A stretch of 51,935 nt of DNA from a virus (lineage: Duplodnaviria > Caudoviricetes). Below the pieces are notes generated by a model. That model was not told the origin of the DNA, made no database searches, and was given only the letters and a program-made list of their open reading frames with translations. A program made the position numbers and the translations under genes. The DNA is taken from IMG/VR virus record IMGVR_UViG_3300017705_000711, positions 1 through 51,935 of that record; one strand, given 5' to 3'. Position 1 is the stretch's first letter; each line of letters begins with the position of its first letter. This document shows positions 19,755 through 30,300 of this stretch, piece after piece.

Positions 19755-20187
19755 TATTCAAAACACATACGAAACTCTACCCTCAGAGTATTTAAGTCTT
19801 ACCAAATCATACCTATCGGTAGACGAGTCGTCTATGGATTTGGCAATCAAGCGCCACCCTTCAGTATACGCTTTCTTTGGCTCTGTCTTATCTTACGCCA
19901 AAAGAACTAGTGATGGGTTAAGCTCTAAGTTAGAAATGCTTGAAGCAAAGCATATGGAATTAAGACGAGCTGAGTTGGCAGGGAAAGGTACAAAAGCAAC
20001 ACAAGGAGCCTTGAACGCGTATGTTCTTACAGTTCAAGAACTTATAGACTTGCGCGAAGAACTTTTAGATTCCCAGCACAGGTACAACCTTGCTAGAAAC
20101 ATCGTAACCTCCTTGGACCATCAAAAAGATATGTTGGTACAAATGTCTGCAAATAAACGTGCAGAAGTGAGGCTTCACGAACTATAA
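19747..20187 (+). CDS. uvsY: Recombination mediator UvsY-like
   Basis: Helical ~146 aa, C-terminal LDHQKDMLVQMSANKRAE; sits before gp32. Confidence 0.6.
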   Translation: MSDIQNTYETLPSEYLSLTKSYLSVDESSMDLAIKRHPSVYAFFGSVLSYAKRTSDGLSSKLEMLEAKHMELRRAELAGKGTKATQGALNAYVLTVQELIDLREELLDSQHRYNLARNIVTSLDHQKDMLVQMSANKRAEVRLHEL

Positions 20188-20192
20188 TATCT

Positions 20193-20269
20193 TGTGGGGG
20201 ACAAAGGTCCGGAGAGGAGAAAGGGTTTGACGTACTTGGTGTGCTGTAAATCCCGCTACATCCCCCACA
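20193..20269 (+). ncRNA. Structured RNA leader upstream of gp32
   Basis: TATAAT 20183-20188; closing stem tgtggggga/tcccccaca; inner bulged hairpin gggtttgacgtac...gtgctgtaaatcc. Confidence 0.55.
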
Positions 20270-20296
20270 TTTCACAAACAAACAACAAATAAAACT

Positions 20297-21049
20297 ATGG
20301 TAAACTTAGACGAACTACGTAAAAAATATGAGGAAGTTACTCAAACCAACAATGGCGGTAACAAGGACTTTCTTAGTAAATTTTTAATCACGAAAGAAGG
20401 CACTTCTCTTGTACGAATTCTTCCTGCGAAGAATGAGGACGAGAACTTCTATGCGGAAACTGCTATCCATCGACTAGAAAACGATGGACAGTTTAGAAAC
20501 TATCACTGCCCCCGGGTTAAAGGAGACAAATGCCCACTCTGTGATTTGTACTACGCTCTCTGGAAGACAGATAGCGAGGACAACCACAACTTAGCACGAA
20601 GTATTAAAGCTCGCAAGCGTTACTACTTGAATGCTGTAGAACGGGAGTCTGGAGATGTAAAAATTCTATCTATAGGTATGAAACTATTTGGCAAGATTCT
20701 AGATTGCTTCTTTGATGATGATTACGGTGACATTACTGACCTTAAAGAAGGTTACGATTTCAAAGTTGTTAAAGACACTAATGGCGCATTCCCGAACTAC
20801 GATAAGTCTGCACCGAAGCCTCGCGCTACAGAGGCAGGGACCGGTCAGGAAGTTGCAGTTTGGATGGACTCGCTACACGATATCCAGAATCTGGTAAAGG
20901 TTGCTGACTATGATGACTTGAAGCAATTGGCTATGAATTATGAAATTGCCGCTCAAGGTATGGGCGTATCTAAAGGTTCGTCTGAAGGCGCGAAGCAGTC
21001 TGATGATGACTACTTGTCGCACCTTAAAAACTTAAATCCTAACGGCTAA
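20297..21049 (+). CDS. gp32: Single-stranded DNA-binding protein (gp32)
   Basis: VRILP, H..C...CPLC zinc site, RKRYYLN, DITDLKEGYDF, NYDKS, acidic tail. Confidence 0.9.
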   Translation: MVNLDELRKKYEEVTQTNNGGNKDFLSKFLITKEGTSLVRILPAKNEDENFYAETAIHRLENDGQFRNYHCPRVKGDKCPLCDLYYALWKTDSEDNHNLARSIKARKRYYLNAVERESGDVKILSIGMKLFGKILDCFFDDDYGDITDLKEGYDFKVVKDTNGAFPNYDKSAPKPRATEAGTGQEVAVWMDSLHDIQNLVKVADYDDLKQLAMNYEIAAQGMGVSKGSSEGAKQSDDDYLSHLKNLNPNG

Positions 21050-22270
21050 GTGAGCGGAAAGAAGAAGCTTAAGATTTTGGCGTGCCCTGCTAATAAAGGA
21101 GGGTGCGCCTATTACCGTATTATTATGCCGATGGAGAAACTACAAGAACTCTATCCGGATGACGTTGAGGTTAGATTCAACTATGACCCTTTGGACGCTA
21201 GTGGCGCCCCAAATAGAAACGGTAAGCTAGCAGACCCCAAGGACTGTGAAGACCTTAATTGGTGTGATATTGTTTTCTTTCAAAACATCCATAATTTTGG
21301 AGGACCTTATACTGTTGATATTTTAAGGGCAGCTAAGGAGTTAGGAAAGTTTACGCACTATGATACTGATGATTTGCTTACGGAATTGTACGAAGGGCAC
21401 CGACTTGTGTCTGTGTATCAAGAGCAAAAACTGGATGAAATGACGAAGGTTATCTACGCCAATTCAGACATGGTATCAGTTACACAAAGAAAGTTTGCGG
21501 AACGAATCCAACCTTTTACAACCAAAGCGTTGGTTATTATCAAGAACGCCGTCGACTATAATCTTCCATGTTGGAATATGCCTCGCGTAGAAGTTCCCAA
21601 CCGAATGAAGAAACACACTCGAATAGGGTGGGCTGGGGGTATCCACCATGAGGAAGATGTTAAAGAGTTTCGCTCAGTAGCCATGGGCGTTAACACGAAA
21701 GTAGGAATGCCTAATGTGACATGGAACTTTTTTGGGAGACCCCCGAAAGGAGATAAAAAAGATGAGTGGCAGCAGGACGTTTGGAATAATTATGAAAAAA
21801 GTTTATCCTTTGGGGTAAAAGGAAATCGTAACGTGTTATTTCATGGGGCTGCCCCTTCGCACGATTATGGTCACTTTTTTAGAGGATTAGATATTGTGAT
21901 TGCTCCTCTCCAAATGAACGCCTTTAATGATTCAAAATCTGAAATTAAAGCCATGGAGGCAGGAAGGTATGGCATACCTTTAGTCGCGTCCGATGTTGGT
22001 TGTTATGATGAGATTATTAAAAATGGCAAAACAGGGTTTCTTATCTCTAAGGATAACCCTCGCTCCGAGTGGGTTAGAGTTTTAACAAAGCTTTGTAAGG
22101 ATAGAGATATGAGAAAAGAATTAGGGAAAAACCTTAAAGAGATTACCGATGAATACTACGACATAAACAAAGTAGTCGGCGGGAGGTTAGAGTTGTATGA
22201 GCAAGTAATGGAGATTAAAAAGAAAGCACTCGCAAACTCAAAGTATAAGGAGTTGCCGGGAAATGAGTAA
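21050..22270 (+). CDS. GT-B glycosyltransferase (GT4-like)
   Basis: GCAYYRI, YDTDD, IGWAGG..H, FNDSKSEIKAMEAG..GIPLVASD. Confidence 0.88.
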   Translation: MSGKKKLKILACPANKGGCAYYRIIMPMEKLQELYPDDVEVRFNYDPLDASGAPNRNGKLADPKDCEDLNWCDIVFFQNIHNFGGPYTVDILRAAKELGKFTHYDTDDLLTELYEGHRLVSVYQEQKLDEMTKVIYANSDMVSVTQRKFAERIQPFTTKALVIIKNAVDYNLPCWNMPRVEVPNRMKKHTRIGWAGGIHHEEDVKEFRSVAMGVNTKVGMPNVTWNFFGRPPKGDKKDEWQQDVWNNYEKSLSFGVKGNRNVLFHGAAPSHDYGHFFRGLDIVIAPLQMNAFNDSKSEIKAMEAGRYGIPLVASDVGCYDEIIKNGKTGFLISKDNPRSEWVRVLTKLCKDRDMRKELGKNLKEITDEYYDINKVVGGRLELYEQVMEIKKKALANSKYKELPGNE

Positions 22271-22868
22271 TATAAGCGCACTTATTAAAACTATAGGAAG
22301 ACCGACTCTACAAAACGCTATCGATAGCGCTATAAGGGAAGGGATTAAACCTATTGTCGTTTCTGACGGACACCCTTTGTACGACCCAGAAACAGATGAG
22401 ATGATTGTTGGTGGAGCGTACTCCGCTATTGAATTGAAAAGGAATTGGGGTTGTTACGGTGCCGTAGCGGCAAACGCAGGGGTTGCTTTATGCGACACTG
22501 ATTGGTTAATGATTTTAGATGATGATGATGAATTGGCAGAAGGTGCAGGGGATTTTATTAGAAAGCAGATACATAGCAGTCCTAATATTGATATATGGAT
22601 TCCGGGTCTGGTGTTTAATAATGGGATGGTTTTGTGTGATGGCTCTGATAAAACAGTTCGCCCAGGGAACGTAGCAGTCCCTATCGCAAAGGTTGAGTGT
22701 TTCACGGAATCCCCATTTAGGACTAAGGTACCAGAGGAATATAAAGACTACGCAGATTTCTTTCAAATACAGGAAATGCACAAGGAAGGACATAATATTG
22801 AGTGGTTAGGTAAAGCTACTTACTTGGTTCGTCCACATCTAGAGGGTACAAACGGGAGAGGAAAATGA
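22263..22868 (+). CDS. GT-A glycosyltransferase (GT2-like)
   Basis: TIGRPTL..AIDS, VVSDG, N.G, MILDDDD. Confidence 0.8.
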   Translation: MSNISALIKTIGRPTLQNAIDSAIREGIKPIVVSDGHPLYDPETDEMIVGGAYSAIELKRNWGCYGAVAANAGVALCDTDWLMILDDDDELAEGAGDFIRKQIHSSPNIDIWIPGLVFNNGMVLCDGSDKTVRPGNVAVPIAKVECFTESPFRTKVPEEYKDYADFFQIQEMHKEGHNIEWLGKATYLVRPHLEGTNGRGK

Positions 22869-23542
22869 TTACATTAATATGTTCTACCTTTAATTCCGCT
22901 GAGTGGATTGATGAGTACCTGGAATCAGTTAATAACCAAACACTTCCTTATTTTAATATTCATTTTATTGATGCTGGGTCTACCGATGGGTCTTGGTTGA
23001 AGATTTCGAACTTTAAATTTAGAGTAGGTATATCAGTAAAATACACATTGGAACCTAAGTGTTCAGTGTACGACGCTTGGAATATCGGGTACTCACAAGC
23101 TGACACCCCATACTGTATGAATTACAACACGGACGACCGACTGTTCCCAACAGCCTTAACAGTAATGTTAGCACACGCAAATGAAAACAAGGACGTGGAT
23201 GTTTTATACTCATCTTGTTTTCTTGTAAATGACCCTACACACAAAAGTATCGTAGGGTATCATAACTGGGCTGAGTTTTCCAAGGAAGCGCTACTCGCAA
23301 ATTGTATTATAGGACCGTTTCCTTTAGTAAAGACAAAGTCTATTGAGAAGTTTAACCCCGCCTTTAGTATTTCAGGTGATTACGAAATGTGGTTACGTAT
23401 GGAATCAAAAGGGCGAAAGTTTAAAAAGATTGAAGAACCTATTGGAAAGTATTATAGTAACCCAAAAGGTATTAGTTCCAATGCTGATACGTTTAAAGAG
23501 CACGTATTACAAGATACTAAGATTAGGGAGATGTATAAGTGA
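22865..23542 (+). CDS. GT2 glycosyltransferase
   Basis: STFN, IDAGSTDGS, YDAWNIG, NTDD, GDYEMWLR. Confidence 0.9.
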   Translation: MITLICSTFNSAEWIDEYLESVNNQTLPYFNIHFIDAGSTDGSWLKISNFKFRVGISVKYTLEPKCSVYDAWNIGYSQADTPYCMNYNTDDRLFPTALTVMLAHANENKDVDVLYSSCFLVNDPTHKSIVGYHNWAEFSKEALLANCIIGPFPLVKTKSIEKFNPAFSISGDYEMWLRMESKGRKFKKIEEPIGKYYSNPKGISSNADTFKEHVLQDTKIREMYK

Positions 23543-24219
23543 AGGTAATTTCCTTTAGTTTATGGGGCGATGACCCAACTTATACGGTGGGAGCTATTAA
23601 GAACGCAGAGCTTGCGAAAAAAATATTCCCGGGGTGGGAGTGCTGGTACTATGTAGGCAAAAGTGTTCCTGAGGAGATAACTATCGCCTTGAGTGGTATG
23701 GACAACTGTCGTGTTTTTGAAATGGAGTCTGAGGGAAACTGGGATTCTATGTTTTGGAGATTTGAAGCTGCCGCGCATGAGGGTGTGGAGGTTATGCTTT
23801 CCCGTGACACCGATTCTAGACTGAATCACAGAGAGAAAGCTGCCGTTGATGAATGGTTAAACCACCCTCAAGCTGAGTTCCACATTATGCGAGACCATCC
23901 ATGGCATACTACTGAGATTTTGGGGGGTATGTGGGGTGCAAGAGACGGCGTGGTTAAACACATGCCACACTGGATTAAGTCGTTTATAACCTCAATCGAA
24001 AGTAGGGGCTCTAATTATTGGCAAGTAGACCAAGACTTCTTAAAAGAAGTTGTGTATCCAAAGGTAAAGGATACCGCATTGGTACACGACGCCGGAGTTT
24101 ACCAGTATAACCCTTTCCCAACACCTCGTAAAGGAAAGTATTTCGTAGGGCAAGCGTTTGACGAACACGACAACCCGTTATACCCTGAACACATGGAGAT
24201 GATACGTGAAAACTTTTAG
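23539..24219 (+). CDS. Putative glycosyltransferase (DxD protein)
   Basis: ISFSLWG, MFWRF, SRDTDSR, HIMRDHP.H, GGMWG, DQDFL. Confidence 0.6.
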   Translation: MKVISFSLWGDDPTYTVGAIKNAELAKKIFPGWECWYYVGKSVPEEITIALSGMDNCRVFEMESEGNWDSMFWRFEAAAHEGVEVMLSRDTDSRLNHREKAAVDEWLNHPQAEFHIMRDHPWHTTEILGGMWGARDGVVKHMPHWIKSFITSIESRGSNYWQVDQDFLKEVVYPKVKDTALVHDAGVYQYNPFPTPRKGKYFVGQAFDEHDNPLYPEHMEMIRENF

Positions 24220-24751
24220 ATTTGATGATATTTGTATAAATGCCGACATGGAGAAGGCGAACGAAATGGCTAGGATTCTTCGTAATAAGTTTCCCAACTG
24301 TACCATCTTATTTTGTATCTCTCCTTTAGTACACGAGATGAACACAGGAGATTCTACCACAGACGAACGAATCTTCCCTAAGATTATGAATGCTTATAGT
24401 GATTTTAGGAAATTTTACAACGTCGATAAGTGTGGAGTACCTGATATCATTCCTGAGGTTACAAGAGCCAGCCACGGGTTAATCCATGTGGACCATCGAT
24501 TACTAAGTAAGGAAGCACAAGAGATGAGTATCCTTGTAAGTTGCAGTTTGTCCGACTCCAAGATTTTTGTCCCCCCTTTTAATAAGTGGGATAAGGACAC
24601 AGAAGCTATCTGCGAGGAGCAAGGGATTACCCTTGTTAAGTTTGAAGATGGTTGGTTATGTATGGAGTACAATGATTTCGATGTAGACCACGACCTGTGG
24701 TATGTTCATAGTAGAGAGTTTGAATTAGAGGAGTTTAAAAAATGGCTGTAG
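24206..24751 (+). CDS. Polysaccharide deacetylase-like (NodB fold) protein
   Basis: FRFDD, ASHGLIH, FVPPFN. Confidence 0.65.
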   Translation: MKTFRFDDICINADMEKANEMARILRNKFPNCTILFCISPLVHEMNTGDSTTDERIFPKIMNAYSDFRKFYNVDKCGVPDIIPEVTRASHGLIHVDHRLLSKEAQEMSILVSCSLSDSKIFVPPFNKWDKDTEAICEEQGITLVKFEDGWLCMEYNDFDVDHDLWYVHSREFELEEFKKWL

Positions 24752-25467
24752 ATATAAATCGTAATGGTGTGAAGTTCAAGGTGTCGCATGCCTGTAACGA
24801 AGGTTTAGGTTGGTGGGAAAATAATTATCTTGGCTGGGAACTTCATACCTTTAAAGTGTTTGATAAACTGCTTAAAGAAGACATGGTATACTTCGATATA
24901 GGCACTTTTACTGGGCACACTCTTCTTTACACAGCCCAAAAGGTTAATAGTGTTTATGGGGTAGAATTGGACCCACGCGCCGTTGAAGCATGTAAGCAAA
25001 ATGTTACAACCAACGGTTACTCTAATGTTAAACTTTCTCACGCTGCAATTTCCGATAAGGATGGTGAAGTAGGAATTCATACAGGAAGAATAGGCTCTAG
25101 TGGATGCTATATGATGGAGCGTTCTCTCTCCGAGATAGGGGTGAGGTCTCTGACCATAGAATCTTTAATGAATGAGTGGGAAGTTAAAACCTGTGATTTT
25201 GTTAAAATGGATATTGAAGGGGGAGAAGAAAATTGTCTCCCAGCCATGCAAAACTTTTTTGAAACTCATAAACCTATACTGTATCTCTCTGTGCACAAAC
25301 ACTTAGGAGCTACCTCAAAAACGGTCGTTGAGTCCACAAACTGTTTTAATTATGTGTATGATAAAAACTTTAATAATGTAAAAGATTCTTTGGGAGAAAT
25401 TATCGATAGCGCTGGTTCAGACCACGGGGAACAAGATTATTTGTTTACGTTTGATGAAGTAAATTGA
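24742..25467 (+). CDS. FkbM-family SAM-dependent methyltransferase
   Basis: FDIGTFTG, VELDP, AAISD, FVKMDIEGGE. Confidence 0.9.
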   Translation: MAVDINRNGVKFKVSHACNEGLGWWENNYLGWELHTFKVFDKLLKEDMVYFDIGTFTGHTLLYTAQKVNSVYGVELDPRAVEACKQNVTTNGYSNVKLSHAAISDKDGEVGIHTGRIGSSGCYMMERSLSEIGVRSLTIESLMNEWEVKTCDFVKMDIEGGEENCLPAMQNFFETHKPILYLSVHKHLGATSKTVVESTNCFNYVYDKNFNNVKDSLGEIIDSAGSDHGEQDYLFTFDEVN

Positions 25468-25471
25468 AAAG

Positions 25472-26035
25472 GTGATTGTTGCTATACACCAACCTAACTT
25501 TATGCCGTGGTACCCTTTTTTCCAAAAGATAGCTTCGGTTGATGTTTTTTGTATACTCACTAAATGCCAGTTCGAAAAAAATAATTTTCAAAACAGGTTT
25601 AACTTGGAAGGGGTGTGGAATACGATGAGTACTAATAAAGGTTTGACCCCTATAGAAACTAAAGAGTATTTAAACCCTCAAAAGGATTGGGCTAAGATAA
25701 AAGAAAAGTTAAAAGATTATAGTTCCATCCTTGATGAATTTGACGACTGTATTAGTAGTAGCCTGTCCGACACGAATATTTGTATAATAAAAAAGGCGTG
25801 CAAACTTTTAAAAATAAAGACCAAGATTGTAACTGACTGGGATACTAGCTTAACCTCTACAGAACGACTGGTAGATATTTGTAACACTTTAGAAGCAACA
25901 ACTTACCTTTCAGGACCTAGCGGGAATGCCTATTTGGATATGGATTTATTTCATAGTAAGAATATTGAGGTTAAATTTCAACCGCCTGAGACTATAATAA
26001 AGAGACCGTTAATAGAGGTTTTAAAATATGGATAG
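25472..26035 (+). CDS. WbqC-family protein
   Basis: AIHQPNFMPW, FQNR, ERLVDIC, YLSGPSG..YLD. Confidence 0.88.
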   Translation: MIVAIHQPNFMPWYPFFQKIASVDVFCILTKCQFEKNNFQNRFNLEGVWNTMSTNKGLTPIETKEYLNPQKDWAKIKEKLKDYSSILDEFDDCISSSLSDTNICIIKKACKLLKIKTKIVTDWDTSLTSTERLVDICNTLEATTYLSGPSGNAYLDMDLFHSKNIEVKFQPPETIIKRPLIEVLKYG

Positions 26036-26810
26036 AGTTATACTAAGTACCGACGACAACGACACATATCTCAATTTTTTTCCAATCGTAGCTAAGGCTT
26101 GGAAAAAGTTTTTTGACGTACCTGTGTCTTTAGCTTATGTTACGAATAGAACTGAAGATGACCCTTTAGTTAGTCGTATGAGAGAGTATGGGGAGGTACG
26201 CCTATACCCGAGGGTGTCTGATGTCCCCCCCGGTAATCAGGCGAAAATGGCTAGATTTTTCCTAGCAACTGAATACCCGGATGAAGTGTGTATGGTTAAT
26301 GATATAGATACTGCTCCTTTATCTATTCCTTATTTTGAGAGAGTCCTTTCTCAGTACGAGGACGGGAAAATCTTGGCGGTAGGGGCAGAAGTTTATGAAG
26401 GTTCTCCTCATGAAGGCAAGTTTCCTATTGGGGAGATTACAGCAACTGGGAAAGTATTCGGAGATTTGGTAAATCCAAATGGATTTAATTTTACCACTTT
26501 TATAAAATCTTTTAGAAGTATGAGGTTGTTCGACCATAAGGAAACTATCTTAAGCCCCGAATTCTCGGACGAGTCCCTTCTTAGGGCACTCATTGCGATT
26601 ACGGGAGTACCTGTGGTTCACGCTAGGAGAGACGTAAACATCCATTCAGATTGGGTAGACCGTTCATGGTGGAATATAGATGAGACTAAATTAAAGTCTG
26701 CTGGGTATGTACTTGTTAACTTTCTACGACCTCTTATGGGGTCCTTTGAAGAAACTAAACCGATTATCGATTATATTTATGGGGAGGAAGACTTTGAAGA
26801 CATCTTTTAA
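26028..26810 (+). CDS. Putative GT-A glycosyltransferase
   Basis: Y..FFPIV..AW, CMVNDID, SDE; embedded in the glycan cluster. Confidence 0.55.
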   Translation: MDRVILSTDDNDTYLNFFPIVAKAWKKFFDVPVSLAYVTNRTEDDPLVSRMREYGEVRLYPRVSDVPPGNQAKMARFFLATEYPDEVCMVNDIDTAPLSIPYFERVLSQYEDGKILAVGAEVYEGSPHEGKFPIGEITATGKVFGDLVNPNGFNFTTFIKSFRSMRLFDHKETILSPEFSDESLLRALIAITGVPVVHARRDVNIHSDWVDRSWWNIDETKLKSAGYVLVNFLRPLMGSFEETKPIIDYIYGEEDFEDIF

Positions 26811-27513
26811 ACACATAGGGATTATAGGTTACGGGGAGATAGGACAAGCTTTAGATGCTATTTACATTGAAGAAGGGTACATGCCTCTTATTCGGGACCT
26901 CGACAGAGATGATTGTTTAGGCGGGGTAGATGTTTTAAACATTTGCATACCTTATGGTTACCATTTCCTTGCGGACGTATCACGCTACATTGAAGAGATA
27001 GACCCTGAGTTGGTAATCATTCACTCTACTATACCCCCCGGAACAACGGAGAAGTTCAGCCATAGTAATATAGTACACTCCCCAGTTAGAGGCATCCATC
27101 CAAATTTAAAAGAGGGTATAAGGACCTTTGTTAAGGTTATAGGGGGTTCAGGGTGGGAAGACGCAAAGGCTCACATCGAATCCTTAGGTATTGAAGTAGA
27201 GGTTTACGAAGACTCTACAACTACAGAAGTGGCTAAACTTTTAGATACCTCTTACTACGGAGTATGTATCGCCTGGCACGACTATGCTAAGAAACTATGC
27301 GAACAGTTTGGGGTAGACTTTGAGGAAGCCCAAACCCATTATAACCTGACATACAATGAAGGGTACGAAGACCTTGGGCAAAGTAACGTGGTCCGACCCA
27401 CCCTTACACCTCCTAAAGGTTTTATTGGGGGTCATTGCGTAGTCTCTAATGCTGAGCTTCTGCGGGTAGAACTCGACTCTAAACTTCTTCAAGCGATTAC
27501 AGATTTATCATGA
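26794..27513 (+). CDS. NDP-sugar dehydrogenase (UDP-glucose/GDP-mannose DH family), short form
   Basis: GIIGYGEIG, IHSTIPPGTT, TEVAKL, GFIGGHCV; TTG start after GGAGG. Confidence 0.82.
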   Translation: MKTSFKHIGIIGYGEIGQALDAIYIEEGYMPLIRDLDRDDCLGGVDVLNICIPYGYHFLADVSRYIEEIDPELVIIHSTIPPGTTEKFSHSNIVHSPVRGIHPNLKEGIRTFVKVIGGSGWEDAKAHIESLGIEVEVYEDSTTTEVAKLLDTSYYGVCIAWHDYAKKLCEQFGVDFEEAQTHYNLTYNEGYEDLGQSNVVRPTLTPPKGFIGGHCVVSNAELLRVELDSKLLQAITDLS

Positions 27514-28367
27514 AAGTTTTAATCATTCAAGAGAACGGTAGGCATGAAAAGAATAAACATCTTCGGGAGTGCAACTCTATGCAAAGGGCGTTTGCCTCCG
27601 AAGGTGTTGAATGTGATGTTTGGGGTTTAGGGCATGAAACTCCCGACCCTGATTTTGATTCATATGATTTGATTATTAACTTAGAAAACTATGATGAGTC
27701 CGGATGGGTTCCTGATTTGTCTGAGTTTAGAAGCCCTGTTAAATTTCTCTGGGCTATAGACGCGCATTTCAGAGGCACAGCAGTTTACGAAAGAGAGTTC
27801 AATAGAGGAGAGTACGACTTAATACTTCAAGCAACTAATTCTTTCGTTGACGACAATTCTATTTGGATGCCAAACGCCTACGATGACGAGTATTTAACTC
27901 CCGGAGATTCAGAAGATAAAACATACGATGTAGGTTTTTGTGGAAATATTCTAAACAGAGGTTCATTACTTAACAGCACAGACTCCATGTTTGGGTTGAA
28001 AAAAGATATTTTTGTTATAGGGCAAGATATGGTGGATGCGATTAGGTCTTACAAGGTTCACATAAACGCAAATATATCTCAGGATATGAACTATAGAAAT
28101 TTCGAAACTATCGGCTGCGGTACTATACTAGCAGCACCCAACACAACCGACCAGTATGATTTACTTGGTTTTAAAGACAATGTAAATTGTATATTATTTA
28201 AAAATATGGAAGAGTTTGAAGAAAAAGTGAGAAAGGTCCTGGAGGATGATTCCTACAGGGATAAAATGAGTAAAGAGGCGAAAAAGCTTGCCAAAAAACA
28301 CACATACAAAGAAAGAGCAAAAACTATTATAGCACAATGGAAAACAATAAAGAAAGAACAACAGTAG
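27510..28367 (+). CDS. GT-B glycosyltransferase (CgeB-like)
   Basis: YDVGFCG...R, NYRNFETIGCG, HTYKERA. Confidence 0.82.
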   Translation: MKVLIIQENGRHEKNKHLRECNSMQRAFASEGVECDVWGLGHETPDPDFDSYDLIINLENYDESGWVPDLSEFRSPVKFLWAIDAHFRGTAVYEREFNRGEYDLILQATNSFVDDNSIWMPNAYDDEYLTPGDSEDKTYDVGFCGNILNRGSLLNSTDSMFGLKKDIFVIGQDMVDAIRSYKVHINANISQDMNYRNFETIGCGTILAAPNTTDQYDLLGFKDNVNCILFKNMEEFEEKVRKVLEDDSYRDKMSKEAKKLAKKHTYKERAKTIIAQWKTIKKEQQ

Positions 28368-29263
28368 TATTCGGAGGTACGGGTCTTGTAGGCTCACACC
28401 TAAAGGCAGACCTTAAGCCAACAAGGGCTGAAGTAGACTTACGCAACATTGACGAGGTTCGTGAATTTTTTAACAAGAATGAGTTTGATACCATTGTTAA
28501 TTGCGCAGGCAACGTAGGAGGGCTTGGTAAAAACTTGGAACAGAATTTGGAAATGTTCACTTCTAATATGGAGATGAACTATAATCTGTTGAAGGTTATA
28601 ATGGAGAACCCTAAAAAGATTAAGAAGGCGGTAGTCTTCCTGTCTACTTGCGTGTTTCCCGCTGATGTAGAGTACCCGTTAACCGAAGATAAACTGCACC
28701 TAGGTCCACCCCACTTCTCTAACAGCGGCTACGCATATGCCAAACGTATGACTCAGGTAATGGCTGACCTGATGAATGATTCGGGGGAGTATGGTAAAAT
28801 TATTACCGTAATTCCTACCAATCTGTATGGTCCTCACGACAATTTTAGTATCGAGGACGGGCATGTTATCCCTTCTCTGATTGCTAAAGCGTATAACTCC
28901 GCACAGTTCGGGGAGCCCCTCAAAGTGTGGGGCGATGGTAGCCCTTTGCGAGAGTTTTTATACGTGGAAGATGTAGCTGATATCATCGAGATTATTTTAG
29001 ATAAATATAATTCTACGAAGCCTCTGATTTTATCGCACGGGGAGGAGGTCCCCATCGAAGAAGCGGTACGGGCAGTTGTTAACCACAGTAACGTTCTAAA
29101 CGTTTCCTTTGATTCGGAGAAACCCAACGGTCAGCACCGTAAGCCGTCGGACCCTTCTGAGTTATTAAAGCTTATTGGAGATTATAAGTTTACACCTTTA
29201 AACGACGGAATCAAAAAATCCGTATCCTTTTACGTGGAGAACTACCCAAATGTCCGAAACTAA
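28337..29263 (+). CDS. fcl: GDP-L-fucose synthase
   Basis: GGTGLVGS, LSTCVFP, YAYAKR, PTNLYGPHDNF, HVIPSLI, WGDGSPLREFLY. Confidence 0.95.
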   Translation: MENNKERTTVVFGGTGLVGSHLKADLKPTRAEVDLRNIDEVREFFNKNEFDTIVNCAGNVGGLGKNLEQNLEMFTSNMEMNYNLLKVIMENPKKIKKAVVFLSTCVFPADVEYPLTEDKLHLGPPHFSNSGYAYAKRMTQVMADLMNDSGEYGKIITVIPTNLYGPHDNFSIEDGHVIPSLIAKAYNSAQFGEPLKVWGDGSPLREFLYVEDVADIIEIILDKYNSTKPLILSHGEEVPIEEAVRAVVNHSNVLNVSFDSEKPNGQHRKPSDPSELLKLIGDYKFTPLNDGIKKSVSFYVENYPNVRN

Positions 29264-30245
29264 GACAGCATTCATTACAGGTATTAATGGGCAGGACGGC
29301 TCGTACTTAACAGAGTTTTTGTTAGATAAAGGTTATACTGTAGTTGGGTTAGTTAGACGGTTATCTGTACCTGAAAGCCAAACCTCACGGTTAGAAGAAG
29401 CCGGCGTATACCCCCACCCAAGACTTCACTTGGAGTACGGGGACCTCACGGACCAATCCTCATTGTATAGGATTTTAAGTAAATACCGCCCCGATGAGAT
29501 TTATAATCTCGGAGCTCAGTCGCACGTTAGGGTTAGTTTTGACGCCCCACAACACACTACTGATGTTATAGCTATGGGAACGTTAAATTTGTTAGAAGCA
29601 ATGAAAGAAATTGTACCACGGGCTCGCATGTATCAAGCCGGTTCTTCCGAAATGTTTGGAAACTCCATTGACAAAGATGGGTACCAACGGGAGACAACCC
29701 CGATGAAGCCTGTAAGTCCTTACGGTTGCGCCAAACTGTATGCGTATACCTTGTGTAGAACATACCGGGAGTCTTATAAAATGTTTATTTCTAACGGCAT
29801 TCTGTTCAATCATGAATCTCCTCGTAGAGGGGGTACTTTTGTAACTAATAAAATTGTAAAAGGAGCGTTGGATATTTACGAACACAAGACAAAAAGGTTA
29901 AGTTTGGGAAATCTAAAAGCAACCAGGGACTGGGGACATGCCAGAGATTACACGCGTGCCATGTGGCTGATGCTTCAGGCACCCACAGCAGATGATTTCG
30001 TTTGCGCCACGGGGGTATCCCATAGCGTGGGTGATGTCGTAGATTTTGTATTTGGGGAGTTAGGGTTAGTACGTGACCAACATGTAGGCTGCGACCCAAG
30101 GTATTTCAGACCAAATGAATTGAATCATCTAAAAGGCGATTGCTCTAAATTGAAGGAGAGATTAGGCTGGGAACCGTTCATTGGTTTCGAGGCACTTTTA
30201 ACAGAGATGATTGGCGTGGAAAAAAACAAACGAAATATTTCTTAG
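29250..30245 (+). CDS. gmd: GDP-mannose 4,6-dehydratase
   Basis: ITGINGQDGSYL, AQSHVRVSF, SPYGCAK, LFNHESPRRG, RDWGHA. Confidence 0.97.
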   Translation: MSETKTAFITGINGQDGSYLTEFLLDKGYTVVGLVRRLSVPESQTSRLEEAGVYPHPRLHLEYGDLTDQSSLYRILSKYRPDEIYNLGAQSHVRVSFDAPQHTTDVIAMGTLNLLEAMKEIVPRARMYQAGSSEMFGNSIDKDGYQRETTPMKPVSPYGCAKLYAYTLCRTYRESYKMFISNGILFNHESPRRGGTFVTNKIVKGALDIYEHKTKRLSLGNLKATRDWGHARDYTRAMWLMLQAPTADDFVCATGVSHSVGDVVDFVFGELGLVRDQHVGCDPRYFRPNELNHLKGDCSKLKERLGWEPFIGFEALLTEMIGVEKNKRNIS

Positions 30246-30300
30246 AGTGTCTAGGTGATAAATATTTTACGTTAACATTTATTTCAAGGGTAAATACTGT

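Noticed and set aside
20193-20272. tRNA or tmRNA reading of the GC-rich element before gp32
   Set aside because: No TTCRA T-loop, no cloverleaf and far too short for tmRNA; kept only as a structured leader
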